64,000 bases of DNA, from NCBI GenBank assembly GCA_965231125.1, contig OZ246414.1, forward strand, positions 512,137-576,136, in the 5' to 3' direction. The notes below the pieces were generated by a model, which had not been told where the DNA came from, made no database searches, and saw only the letters and a program-made list of their open reading frames with translations. The first letter of the stretch is position 1; each line of letters opens with the position of its first letter. The translations under genes were made by a program, and so were the position numbers. Positions 43,145 to 52,441 of the stretch are shown piece after piece. Source of the DNA: an uncultured Gammaproteobacteria bacterium (GTDB lineage: Bacteria; Patescibacteriota; Microgenomatia; Woykebacterales; RBG-16-39-9b).

Positions 43145-45253
43145 ATGGAAAAATTCGAACTTGTAAGTCCATTTAAACCTACTGGTGATCAACCGGAAGC
43201 AATCGACAAACTTGTTGAGGGGTTGAAAAAGGGTTTTAAAAGTCAAGTTTTGCTGGGGGCCACGGGCACAGGCAAAACTTTCACGATGGCCAATGTCATC
43301 GCGAAGGTAAACAAACCGACTTTAATTTTAGCCCACAATAAAACCTTAGCTGCGCAGCTAGCGTCCGAGTTCCGAGAATTTTTCCCCAAAAATTCCGTCG
43401 AATATTTTGTTAGTTATTACGATTATTACCAGCCGGAAAGCTATGTGCCTCAAATTGATCTTTATATTGAAAAGGACGCCGATATCAACGAGGAGATTGA
43501 CCGGCTGCGGCTCGCCGCAACCAAATCCTTAATGACCCGCAAGGACGTGATTATTGTGGCTTCGGTTTCTTGCATCTACAATATTGGTTCCCCAGAATCC
43601 TACAGACAGAGTGTAATAACTTTGTTTAAGGACCAGAGAATAGGAATTAAAGAAATACTGCGAAGGCTTCTTGACTTACAATACGAGCGAAATGATTTGG
43701 ATCTGCAAAGAGGAAACTTTCGGGTAAAAGGGGACGTTTTGGAAGTTTATCCGGCTTACGAGCAAACGGTTATAAGGGTACGTTTTCTGGGTGATTCTAT
43801 CGAAAAGATAGAGAAGCTATCACCAACCAGTTTGGATAGTGAAGGTGCTCTTGAAGAAATTTCCATTTTTCCGGCCAGACACTACGTTATGCCGCAGCAA
43901 AATATCGAAGAACCCATTTCCCAAATCAAAAATGATCTCCGAGATCGGTTGGAACTACTAAAAAAGGAAGGCAAGGATGTTGAAGCGAAAAGGCTCTCCC
44001 AGAGAACTAATTTCGACGTTGAACAGTTTGAGCAGCTTGGCTATGTAAAAGGAATTGAAAATTACTCCCGCTATTTTGACGGCCGACAGGCTGGTGAACC
44101 ACCATACACATTACTGGACTACTTTCCAGCTTTAGCTGGAAAGCAAGGTTCTGATGACCGAGATGTAAAATATTCATCTACATCTAGGGCGTCAGGTCCT
44201 TTTCTTCCAAAGGATTTTTTGCTTTTCGTTGATGAATCTCACATGAGTCTTCCGCAGATTCGGGGAATGTGGCACGGGGAACGCGCACGAAAAAATATTT
44301 TGATAGACAATGGTTTTCGGCTTCCCAGCGCCATGGATAATCGGCCCTTAACTTTTGACGAGTTTTCACGAAAAATACACCAAGTAATTTATACTTCGGC
44401 GACACCAGACACATACGAACTTTCGATTGCAGATCAAGTAGTGCAACAAATTATCCGCCCAACTGGTATTGTGGATCCCCAAGTGGAAGTGCGACCTACA
44501 AAAGGACAGATTCCTGATTTGATCACTGAAATTCAGAAAAGAGTCAAAAAAGGACAGCGAGTTTTGGTTACGACTCTAACAAAAAACATGGCCGAAGATT
44601 TATCAGAATATTTAGGCGAACGGGAAATAAAAGTAATGTACATTCATTTTCAAGTCGATACTTTGGAAAGGATAAATATTTTGCGGGATTTGCGGCTTGG
44701 GAAATACGATGTCTTAGTGGGGATTAATCTTTTGCGTGAAGGTTTAGATCTTCCGGAAGTCTCGCTAGTCGCCATTTTGGACGCGGATAAAGAAGGGTTC
44801 CTACGCAGTAAAACGAGTTTGGTTCAAACAACGGGCCGGGCCGCCCGTCACGTTGAAGGCAGAGTAATAATGTACGCGGATAACGTGACCGGTTCGATAA
44901 AAGGAGCAATTGAAGAGACAAACCGCAGGCGGAGCGTTCAGGAACAATATAATAAGGAGCACGGTATTACTCCAGAAACAATTCAGAAGGCAATCCACGA
45001 TATTGGCGAGCGCCTCGCCGAGATAGCTCCCGAAGCCACCACCGTGGCCGAAATTGATTTTACTAAAGTTCCTAAAAAAGAAGTTAAAAGATTGACTCGC
45101 GATTTGGAACAAGAAATGAAACTTGCGGCCGAAGAACTGGATTTTGAAAAAGCAGCTATAATCCGCGACCAACTATTTGATCTAAAAAACCAAACCCTAG
45201 AAATTCCCAAAACAGTTACAGTAAAAGAAGCAAAGAAAATTTCACTGAATTAG
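43145..45253 (+). CDS. uvrB: Excinuclease ABC subunit B (with 27-aa in-frame insertion)
   Basis: [33 protein letters not shown]. Confidence 0.99.
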   Translation: MEKFELVSPFKPTGDQPEAIDKLVEGLKKGFKSQVLLGATGTGKTFTMANVIAKVNKPTLILAHNKTLAAQLASEFREFFPKNSVEYFVSYYDYYQPESYVPQIDLYIEKDADINEEIDRLRLAATKSLMTRKDVIIVASVSCIYNIGSPESYRQSVITLFKDQRIGIKEILRRLLDLQYERNDLDLQRGNFRVKGDVLEVYPAYEQTVIRVRFLGDSIEKIEKLSPTSLDSEGALEEISIFPARHYVMPQQNIEEPISQIKNDLRDRLELLKKEGKDVEAKRLSQRTNFDVEQFEQLGYVKGIENYSRYFDGRQAGEPPYTLLDYFPALAGKQGSDDRDVKYSSTSRASGPFLPKDFLLFVDESHMSLPQIRGMWHGERARKNILIDNGFRLPSAMDNRPLTFDEFSRKIHQVIYTSATPDTYELSIADQVVQQIIRPTGIVDPQVEVRPTKGQIPDLITEIQKRVKKGQRVLVTTLTKNMAEDLSEYLGEREIKVMYIHFQVDTLERINILRDLRLGKYDVLVGINLLREGLDLPEVSLVAILDADKEGFLRSKTSLVQTTGRAARHVEGRVIMYADNVTGSIKGAIEETNRRRSVQEQYNKEHGITPETIQKAIHDIGERLAEIAPEATTVAEIDFTKVPKKEVKRLTRDLEQEMKLAAEELDFEKAAIIRDQLFDLKNQTLEIPKTVTVKEAKKISLN
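44122..44209 (+). repeat. Double-hairpin in-frame insertion in uvrB
   Basis: CTTTCCAGC-TTTA-GCTGGAAAG plus a 23-bp imperfect hairpin; TTCCA direct repeat at both ends. Confidence 0.7.
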
Positions 45254-45282
45254 AAAACCGGCCAGCCAATCTGACAAAAGAA

Positions 45283-45338
45283 AAACCCAGGGCTACCACA
45301 CTCAAATCAAATTGAGATGCGGTAATAACCCTGGGTTT
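45283..45338. terminator. Likely bidirectional terminator between uvrB and phage-like genes
   Basis: AAACCCAGGG...CCCTGGGTTT long hairpin, A-rich flank. Confidence 0.7.
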
Positions 45339-45397
45339 ACGCTTTCGTTGCGCTGCTCGCTCAGTTATTAATCAGTAGAGCTGAGACTACTTTTCGC

Positions 45398-45953
45398 CTA
45401 TGGAGTTGGTACGACCGGTGCTACTGTGATCGGCTCAGCATTCAGCGATAGGGGCTGGTCAGCGGTGAAGAACTTGACTCCTCTGATCTTGATCAGCGCG
45501 TTCGTTGCCGAGTCGAAGAAGAACCACTCGTCGCAACCCGCCGCTGCGCCACCGCCACCATAGTAGATACCGTCGAGTGAGGGAGCGGTGATCACCGCAT
45601 TACCGTGATCATGCTGCACCTCTTGAGTTGAGGATAGAAAGTCGCAGGAGTTGACCGGCAGAGTCTTTCGCCACGTAGTAGCCGATGACGTTCCCCGTGT
45701 CCGCCAAGATGTAGACGTACCACGGGTGGTTCAGCAAGTCCTCCCGCTGAGTGAACTCGACCAGGGCTCTACGCAGCGGAAAGTTGACTGAATTGGGCGC
45801 GGGTGCGACCTTTTCCGCTTGCGCGAACACATTGGCCCTTTGGTTGACCGCCGCTTGTCGTTGCTGCTCGATCTTTGAGTCTCCACATGATGCCGCCGTG
45901 CCCACAAGCAGGAGCAGCAGTCCCGCTCCGAGAACAATTCCTAGCTTCCGCAT
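45398..45953 (-). pseudogene. Phage-like lipoprotein gene split by a 1-nt frameshift at ~45667
   Basis: AASC lipobox; removing one A from GCGAAAG gives YYVAKTLPVNSCDFLSSTQEVQHDHG..., joining the 114 aa and 73 aa ORFs. Confidence 0.75.
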
Positions 45954-46378
45954 GATGTCTGTTCCCCTTTCTTGTGCTGCGTCGTGTCCAATTGGTACGG
46001 CAGGTTCGAATCCCTGAATTGCCCGATCGTATAATCCTTGCGTGCGTCGGCATTGTACTGAGCTATAGCACGCTGTCTGTCAGCCACGATGCCCGCAATG
46101 TTGGTCAGAACGCGGTTGTAGTCACGGGTGCCCTGGGTTAGAGCCGAAAGCTCATCAGATTGGGCATCGAGCGATGCTTCGTCCGCTTGAATTGCTGCAC
46201 ACAGATCGAAGAAGTGATTGTATGCCGGGATGCGGAAGTCCGCGCTTTGGATACGAATGTGCGCCTCACCGCGACCGACGATGTTCGCTGTTGCCACCCT
46301 CAACGCGAAGTTGAGGCCGGCGAACGCCCATGTCAGAACGAAAGCGAAGAGCAGGATACCAACGATCCAGCCCGCCAA
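45941..46378 (-). CDS. Phage-like membrane protein, 5' end probably truncated
   Basis: TM, YNHFFDLC, IAQYNADA, F...LPYQL; GC-rich frame ends at an abrupt AT-rich junction near 46405. Confidence 0.7.
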   Translation of the reverse strand: MAGWIVGILLFAFVLTWAFAGLNFALRVATANIVGRGEAHIRIQSADFRIPAYNHFFDLCAAIQADEASLDAQSDELSALTQGTRDYNRVLTNIAGIVADRQRAIAQYNADARKDYTIGQFRDSNLPYQLDTTQHKKGEQTSCGS

Positions 46379-46576
46379 GGCCCCGACGTTGATAGTGCGT
46401 GGTAGTTATTAGCTAGGAAAAATTTTTTTATTGTGCTATTAAGTAAAACAAAAAAATTATTAACTGATATAGCAAGTAATACATTACCACATGTCCCGCA
46501 AATCTTCTGTAAGCCCAACTACAAAGTGGGTCCAGGAAGACAAATTCAGCAAACTAGTCTATTTTAAAAATGAGGG

Positions 46577-46611
46577 GAAAAAGAAAGCTCTCGTGAAGGT
46601 TCGCGAGAGCT
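46577..46611 (-). terminator. Intrinsic terminator closing the ncRNA array
   Basis: AGCTCTCG...CGAGAGCT followed by TTCTTTTT on minus strand. Confidence 0.75.
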
Positions 46612-46621
46612 AGTTGTCTAG

Positions 46622-46685
46622 AGGGCTGGCTGAGTATAAATCCCGAAGGGTAATTGCTCCACATGCGGGTAGTAGTGCCAGCCCC
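46622..46685 (-). ncRNA. Unassigned small structured RNA (RNA4)
   Basis: GGGGCTGGC/GCCAGCCCT closing stem, c(UUCG)g tetraloop, followed by terminator. Confidence 0.55.
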
Positions 46686-46733
46686 ATTATTTACATCACG
46701 CTCTCTCCAGACTAGTCAATCAACAACTTTAAG

Positions 46734-46959
46734 CTGAGCAGAACTAGTCGAACTAAAGTGACTAGGGAGCATTCTGCCCAGGCAGTGTTAGGACGCTGCT
46801 CCAACGTTGGTGAGTTCTGGTGCCGGCTTCAGTACCCAAGCTTACGGGTTACCCTAAATCCGGTGGCACGGAAACAAGGCTACCGTTACCTTTTGAGCGC
46901 TAAAGTCGGCCCGTTAGCGCAATGCGTTATACACCACTACTGGTATTAACACACCACGC
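46734..46959 (-). ncRNA. Unassigned ~225-nt structured RNA (RNA3)
   Basis: Own promoter; four stem domains with minus-strand G-U pairs and a GTAA tetraloop. Confidence 0.65.
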
Positions 46960-46965
46960 GGCTAG

Positions 46966-46994
46966 ATTCTATCTCCGTCCTTTTTGATTGTCAA
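46966..46994 (-). promoter_or_regulatory. sigma70 promoter of RNA3
   Basis: TTGACA-17-TAGAAT. Confidence 0.8.
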
Positions 46995-47186
46995 CAAGGG
47001 CTTTTCAGCCTTGGAAATTTCTTGCCGGTCGAAAAACGTCCTGGTGGCAGGGTGGGATTGGCGTTTTTTTTACTCGACCGGCAATTTTGGAAGGAGCGCG
47101 CGGCACTCCTTGCCTTGGTTTTCCTGTGCGCAGGCCGGATGGGCTAAGGAGGTACCGGGGCCCAACACACATTTGAAAACCACGGC
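46995..47186 (-). ncRNA. Unassigned ~190-nt structured RNA with anti-SD loop (RNA2)
   Basis: Own promoter; four hairpins; loop TACCTCCTTA; GAAA tetraloop. Confidence 0.7.
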
Positions 47187-47190
47187 GGGG

Positions 47191-47219
47191 ATTATAGTAT
47201 ACCCTATAACATATGTCAA
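47191..47219 (-). promoter_or_regulatory. Consensus sigma70 promoter of RNA2, divergent from uvrA
   Basis: TTGACA-17-TATAAT perfect consensus. Confidence 0.85.
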
Positions 47220-47275
47220 GACCCTCTAACTCGTCTTGTAAAAACTTGCAAAAGGGAGTAAAATCTTACGATCTT

Positions 47276-50134
47276 ATGGACGATAAAATCATTATCCGAG
47301 GTGCCCGGGAACATAATTTGAAAAACGTTGATGTCGAAATTCCGAAGAATAAATTGGTTGTTATCACTGGAATTTCCGGATCAGGTAAATCTTCCTTAGC
47401 TTTTGACACTATTTACGCCGAAGGGCAACGTCGCTACGTTGAATCTCTTTCCGCCTACGCCAGACAATTTTTGGGTTTAATGGAAAAGCCAGATGTAGAC
47501 CAGATTGAAGGTCTCTCTCCTGCAATTTCAATCGACCAAAAATCCGCACCTCGCAACCCACGTTCGACAGTGGGAACAATCACCGAAATTTACGATTATA
47601 TGAGGCTTTTGTGGGCAAGAGTCGGCCGGCCTCATTGCCCGGTCGACGGTAAAGAAATAAAAGCCCAAACACCGCAAGAGATTGTGGATCAAATCATTAG
47701 TTTGGCGAACAAAAGGGCCAAAGGCGACAAAAGAAACGAAGGGATGGTTTTGATTTTGGCGCCAGTAGTAAAAGGTCGTAAGGGTATTTATGATGAGGTT
47801 TTTCAGGATCTGAAGAAAAAAGGGTACGTCCGAGTTCGGGTCGATGGTAAAGTTTTTGAAATAGATGAAACTCCCGCCCTTGGTCGCTATAAAATTCACG
47901 ATATCGATGTAGTGGTGGATCGGCTGACTGGGCAGGTCGATAAACAAAGATTAACCGAGTCGGTGGAGGTGGCCTTGAGACTTTCCGACGGCGTAGCTCT
48001 CGCCTCGATGAACGGAAAAGACACTTTATTTTCGGAAAAATTATCCTGTCCACAGCACAGCCTCTCCTTGCCGGAATTAGAACCAAGAACGTTTTCTTTT
48101 AACTCTCCTTATGGCGCGTGCCCAGCCTGCAGCGGTATCGGGTCAAAATTGACAGTCGACCCTGATTTAGTAGTTCCGAATAAAAATCTATCTATCTCTG
48201 AGGGGGCGATACTGCCCTGGAGCAGACTCCTCGGCTCCGATAACTGGTCTAGTAGAAGGTTAGAGGCTTTGGCAGGACATTTCAAAATATCTTTAAGTGC
48301 ACCCATCAACTCTCTTCCAAAGAAAATTTTGGATACCATTATTTACGGTTCCGAAGATGAAGTTTTTGAAGTTTCGGGTAGGAACCGGTTTGGGCGCTAT
48401 ATTAGTTTTCACACTAGCTTTGAGGGGGTAGTTCCGGAAATGTTGCGGCGCTACAAGGAAACGGAAAGTGAATGGACAAAGCGCGAGATTGAAAAATACA
48501 TGAGGGAAGAAATTTGCGAAATCTGTCGGGGAAGTAGGCTAAAGAAAGAAACCCTTTTCATCACAATTGCCGATAAGTCAATCAGTGAGGTTACAAGTTT
48601 CTCGATCAATAAATCGAACGAATGGTTCGGCAACTTAGAGCTAGATGAAAAAGAAAAGCAGATTGCAAAGCAAATACTGAAAGAAATAAAGGCTAGGTTG
48701 AGATTTTTACTTGATGTGGGTTTGAGTTACCTAACTTTAGACAGGACGAGCGTTACTTTAGCCGGTGGCGAAGCCCAAAGGATACGACTTGCTTCCCAAA
48801 TTGGTTCTGGTCTTTCGGGAGTTTTGTACGTTCTGGACGAGCCTTCAATTGGGCTGCACCAAAGAGACAACATAAAACTTATCGATACTTTAAAAAATCT
48901 GCGTGATTTGGGCAACACTGTTATTGTTGTAGAACACGATCGAGAGACGATTGAAGAAGCTGATTGGGTTTTAGACACTGGTCCGGGTGCGGGTGAACAC
49001 GGCGGTGAAGTTATTGCGCAGGGCACACCTGCAGATATAATTGCGAGTAAAAATTCGATCACCGGGCAGTTTTTGGCCGGGAAAAGAACAATTCTCGGGG
49101 AATACCGCAAAGGGGAACGTAAAATCGGAAAGAAAATTACAGTTGTTGACGCCGCAGAACATAATCTTAAAAAAATAACAGTAGAGTTTCCTTTAGGTAG
49201 CTTTATTTGTGTAACCGGGGTTTCGGGAAGTGGAAAATCTACTTTAGTTGAAGATATTTTAAGAAAATCTTTAGCGCAGAAAATTTATCGTTCGAAAGAA
49301 AAAGCGGGCTCCCACAAGGAAATTTTGGGGGTGGAATTCATTGATAAGATAGTCAATATCGATCAGTCCCCAATCGGGCGGACGCCGCGCAGTAATCCCG
49401 CAACTTATACCGGTGCTTTTTCCCACATCCGAGACCTTTTTGCGAAGACGCCCGACGCTAAGGTGCGTGGCTATAGGGCGGGTAGGTTTTCATTTAATGT
49501 TAAGGGGGGCCGGTGTGAAAATTGTGAAGGCGACGGAGTGATCAAAATTGAAATGCAGTTTTTGCCTGATGTTTACGTAACTTGTGAGACTTGTCAAGGT
49601 AAAAGATACAATCGAGAAGCCTTGGAAATAAATTATAAGGGTAAGAACATTTCGGACATTTTGACCATGACGGTTGAGGAGGCGCTTGAATTTTTCCAAA
49701 ATGTTCCCTTAATCAAAAATAAACTTCAAACTCTGAAGGACGTCGGTCTATCCTACATTCGTCTTGGTCAGGCGGCCACAACTCTTTCCGGTGGAGAAGC
49801 CCAAAGAATTAAACTGGCCACTGAGCTGTCAAAACGAAGTACGGGCAAAACTTTTTATATTTTAGATGAACCAACCACTGGTCTGCACTTTGCCGACATT
49901 GAAAACTTACTTTTCGTTTTACACCGCCTCGTAGATTTAGGTAACACTGTAGTGGTAATCGAGCACAATTTAGATCTAGTTAAAACAGCCGATTGGATTA
50001 TCGATTTGGGACCGGAAGGCGGAGACGCTGGTGGACAAATTGTCGCCCAAGGATCTCCACGGCAAGTCTCGGAAAACAAAAAATCCTACACCGGGCAGTA
50101 TTTGAAGGAAACCTTGAAAACTTCAATTGCATAG
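47276..50134 (+). CDS. uvrA: Excinuclease ABC subunit A
   Basis: GAREHNLKN, two GxSGSGKS Walker A motifs, [16 protein letters not shown], zinc fingers; start MDDKI at 47276. Confidence 0.99.
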   Translation: MDDKIIIRGAREHNLKNVDVEIPKNKLVVITGISGSGKSSLAFDTIYAEGQRRYVESLSAYARQFLGLMEKPDVDQIEGLSPAISIDQKSAPRNPRSTVGTITEIYDYMRLLWARVGRPHCPVDGKEIKAQTPQEIVDQIISLANKRAKGDKRNEGMVLILAPVVKGRKGIYDEVFQDLKKKGYVRVRVDGKVFEIDETPALGRYKIHDIDVVVDRLTGQVDKQRLTESVEVALRLSDGVALASMNGKDTLFSEKLSCPQHSLSLPELEPRTFSFNSPYGACPACSGIGSKLTVDPDLVVPNKNLSISEGAILPWSRLLGSDNWSSRRLEALAGHFKISLSAPINSLPKKILDTIIYGSEDEVFEVSGRNRFGRYISFHTSFEGVVPEMLRRYKETESEWTKREIEKYMREEICEICRGSRLKKETLFITIADKSISEVTSFSINKSNEWFGNLELDEKEKQIAKQILKEIKARLRFLLDVGLSYLTLDRTSVTLAGGEAQRIRLASQIGSGLSGVLYVLDEPSIGLHQRDNIKLIDTLKNLRDLGNTVIVVEHDRETIEEADWVLDTGPGAGEHGGEVIAQGTPADIIASKNSITGQFLAGKRTILGEYRKGERKIGKKITVVDAAEHNLKKITVEFPLGSFICVTGVSGSGKSTLVEDILRKSLAQKIYRSKEKAGSHKEILGVEFIDKIVNIDQSPIGRTPRSNPATYTGAFSHIRDLFAKTPDAKVRGYRAGRFSFNVKGGRCENCEGDGVIKIEMQFLPDVYVTCETCQGKRYNREALEINYKGKNISDILTMTVEEALEFFQNVPLIKNKLQTLKDVGLSYIRLGQAATTLSGGEAQRIKLATELSKRSTGKTFYILDEPTTGLHFADIENLLFVLHRLVDLGNTVVVIEHNLDLVKTADWIIDLGPEGGDAGGQIVAQGSPRQVSENKKSYTGQYLKETLKTSIA

Positions 50135-50164
50135 CAGCCTTCTCTATGGTAAATTTAGGATTCT

Positions 50165-50548
50165 ATGGAAGACTCTGAAAAGGTAAAGGTTTTGATAGTT
50201 GAAGATGAGCCGGAATTTTTAGAGTTGTATCGTCTCAAACTTACACTGGACGGTTACGATGTCATAGCCGCGAAATCCGGGAAAGAGGCGTTAGATAAGG
50301 CTTCTTCAAGGCAGCCACAACTTATTCTCCTAGACATTAAGATGCCGGAAATGGACGGTTTTGAGGTCCTAAAAAAACTTCGTTCTGAACCTGGTACCAA
50401 AAACACACCAGTGGTAATTCTTTCTAATTTTGATGAGCAGGAAATGATTGAAAAAGGTTTGTCTTTGGGTGCCAACGAATATTTGCTAAAATTTCAGTTT
50501 ACCCCGGAGGAAATTTCATCAAGAATAAAGAATTGGGTTGAACACTAA
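50165..50548 (+). CDS. Single-domain response regulator
   Basis: IVEDE, LLDIKMPEMDG, GANEYLLK. Confidence 0.95.
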   Translation: MEDSEKVKVLIVEDEPEFLELYRLKLTLDGYDVIAAKSGKEALDKASSRQPQLILLDIKMPEMDGFEVLKKLRSEPGTKNTPVVILSNFDEQEMIEKGLSLGANEYLLKFQFTPEEISSRIKNWVEH

Positions 50549-50575
50549 TGGGAGTTTGAATATAATAGCGCTTAC

Positions 50576-52441
50576 ATGTCATTTCGTTTCCGGTTGTTCC
50601 TCACACTATTATTAGTTCTCTTTATTGCCGTTTACTTTACTGGAAGAACGCTTGCCTCTGCATTTTCCGTCTCCTACAATGTAAAAGTTGCTTTCAAGAA
50701 CAACAGATCAGCCCACTTTACTCAAGAAATTAGCTTAAAAAATTTAACTGCCGATCTTTACCCAACCGAATATAGTTTAAATATTGGGTCCAGCAACGTT
50801 AGAAGTGTCTCCGGGTCAGACTCTCTTGGGCCAATAACGGTTACAAGCAAAAAGTATAAAGGCTCCACAGTGCTCACCGCCCGTTTGACTGACAAAGTGG
50901 TTGGGACGGGTAAGGTAACTAGCTTTACATTGAGATACACCATTACAAATTTAGCGCAAAAGCAAGGTAGAATGTGGAACATTTTAGTTCCGGGGATAAA
51001 CACTTCCGAGAAGCTCTCTTCATTCAAGCTAAGAATCTCTGTTCCAAGGGCTTACGGTGGGATTTACTCAGTTTACCCGCACCCAAAAAGTGCCAAAAAA
51101 CAAGGAAGTTTAAATACCTACTTCTTTGACAAAAAAAGCACACCAGCCGAAACGATTGTGGCTGAATTTGGCAATTATCAAGTAGTAAAGTTTTTCTTTA
51201 GATATAAATTAAAAAACTCAGAGATTTTTGGCAAAGACGAAAAAGTTTTAATTCCCCGCGATGCTGATTTTCAAGAAATATATTTAGGCGAGATATCCCC
51301 CCAACCAGTAAAAATTGAGACGGATGAGGATGGTAACTATTTCGCTGATTACCACCTCAAAGGTGGTGAAGAGGAAAATGTGGTTGTCCGTGGTTTTGCG
51401 AAAATACACAAAAACTTTAGTCCAAAAATAGCAAACCTCGACGTAAATAAATATTTAGGAAGTTCAAGCTCATGGAACGTTAATTCCGACTTAATAATTA
51501 AAAAAGCAAGTGAGCTGTCTAACATTCACGAAATCTACAAATTTGTAGTTGAAAACCTCACCTTTAACCAAAAATCGACGGATAATTTATTAAATAAACG
51601 TGAAGGCGCCCAGGCCGCTCTGAATAGTTCTGGTAAAGCCCTCACTAGTGATTTTGTGGACCTTTTTATTAGCCTGCTTCGTGCCAAGGGAATTGCGGCA
51701 AAACAGGCAGTGGGGTTTGCTTTTGGTGATGGTACAAATCTTACACCGACTCTGGTAAACGAGGCGGCCGGGAGTAAAATTCTTCACTCTTGGGTCGAAT
51801 ATTTTGATACTTCTCAAGGAAAGTGGCTTCAGGTGGATCCGACTTGGGGTTCAACTAGACAAGTCAACTATATCGATCAATTTGATGCCAATCACTTTAC
51901 CCTCTTCGAGCGAGCTTTTTCTAGCGGAGATCCAAAAATACCAGACATATTGACCAACGAAGGGTCTTTAGGAGATTTCGAAGTCCATCCGGTAGATTCG
52001 AAATTCGGCTTTTCGGCAAATCCCAGCGTCGAAATAGCGCTAAGTAAGGTAATTGGTGGGTTCCCCACGACTTGTAAGGTAATAATAAACAATAGTTCTG
52101 GAAAATCACTACTCTCGGCAAAGATCGTTTTAAACACCAACTCTCTGAAGGTGATTGGCGATGGGCAAAAAGATTTAGGTACAATTTTGCCTTACAGTCA
52201 ATACGAAGTCGATTTTAAAGTAAGGAGTAATTATGTGGTTGATAAGGGAACAGGATCCGTAGAGGCCACTCTTTACGGATACGATCAAGGAAAAGTCAAA
52301 ACGTTTACCCAATCGAAAAACGTTGAGATTGCGTCCTTTTTTAGTTTTAATCGTCCTCAAATTGTGCTGGTAGGGCTGTTAATACTTACACTGGCCGGTT
52401 TTTCATTTCCTTTTTACCGCCGGTTCCGAAAGGCTAAATAA
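50576..52441 (+). CDS. Transglutaminase-like surface protein (catalytic Cys absent)
   Basis: Signal, HSWVEY, VDPTWG; ALTSDF at the expected Cys position; C-terminal TM. Confidence 0.82.
   Translation: MSFRFRLFLTLLLVLFIAVYFTGRTLASAFSVSYNVKVAFKNNRSAHFTQEISLKNLTADLYPTEYSLNIGSSNVRSVSGSDSLGPITVTSKKYKGSTVLTARLTDKVVGTGKVTSFTLRYTITNLAQKQGRMWNILVPGINTSEKLSSFKLRISVPRAYGGIYSVYPHPKSAKKQGSLNTYFFDKKSTPAETIVAEFGNYQVVKFFFRYKLKNSEIFGKDEKVLIPRDADFQEIYLGEISPQPVKIETDEDGNYFADYHLKGGEEENVVVRGFAKIHKNFSPKIANLDVNKYLGSSSSWNVNSDLIIKKASELSNIHEIYKFVVENLTFNQKSTDNLLNKREGAQAALNSSGKALTSDFVDLFISLLRAKGIAAKQAVGFAFGDGTNLTPTLVNEAAGSKILHSWVEYFDTSQGKWLQVDPTWGSTRQVNYIDQFDANHFTLFERAFSSGDPKIPDILTNEGSLGDFEVHPVDSKFGFSANPSVEIALSKVIGGFPTTCKVIINNSSGKSLLSAKIVLNTNSLKVIGDGQKDLGTILPYSQYEVDFKVRSNYVVDKGTGSVEATLYGYDQGKVKTFTQSKNVEIASFFSFNRPQIVLVGLLILTLAGFSFPFYRRFRKAK

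Noticed and set aside
44129-44209. uvrB insertion as an intein or group I/II intron
   Set aside because: Only 27 codons, no Cys/Ser…His-Asn ends and no catalytic intron core
45660-45675. Programmed frameshift at GCGAAAG
   Set aside because: A +1 shift is required whereas CGA-AAG type sites shift -1; the neighbouring gene is also damaged, so mutation or sequencing error is more likely
46758-47229. ORF-track ORFs 46758-46949, 46984-47229 and 46988-47176
   Set aside because: No protein-like features or start signals; antisense to promoter-driven structured RNAs
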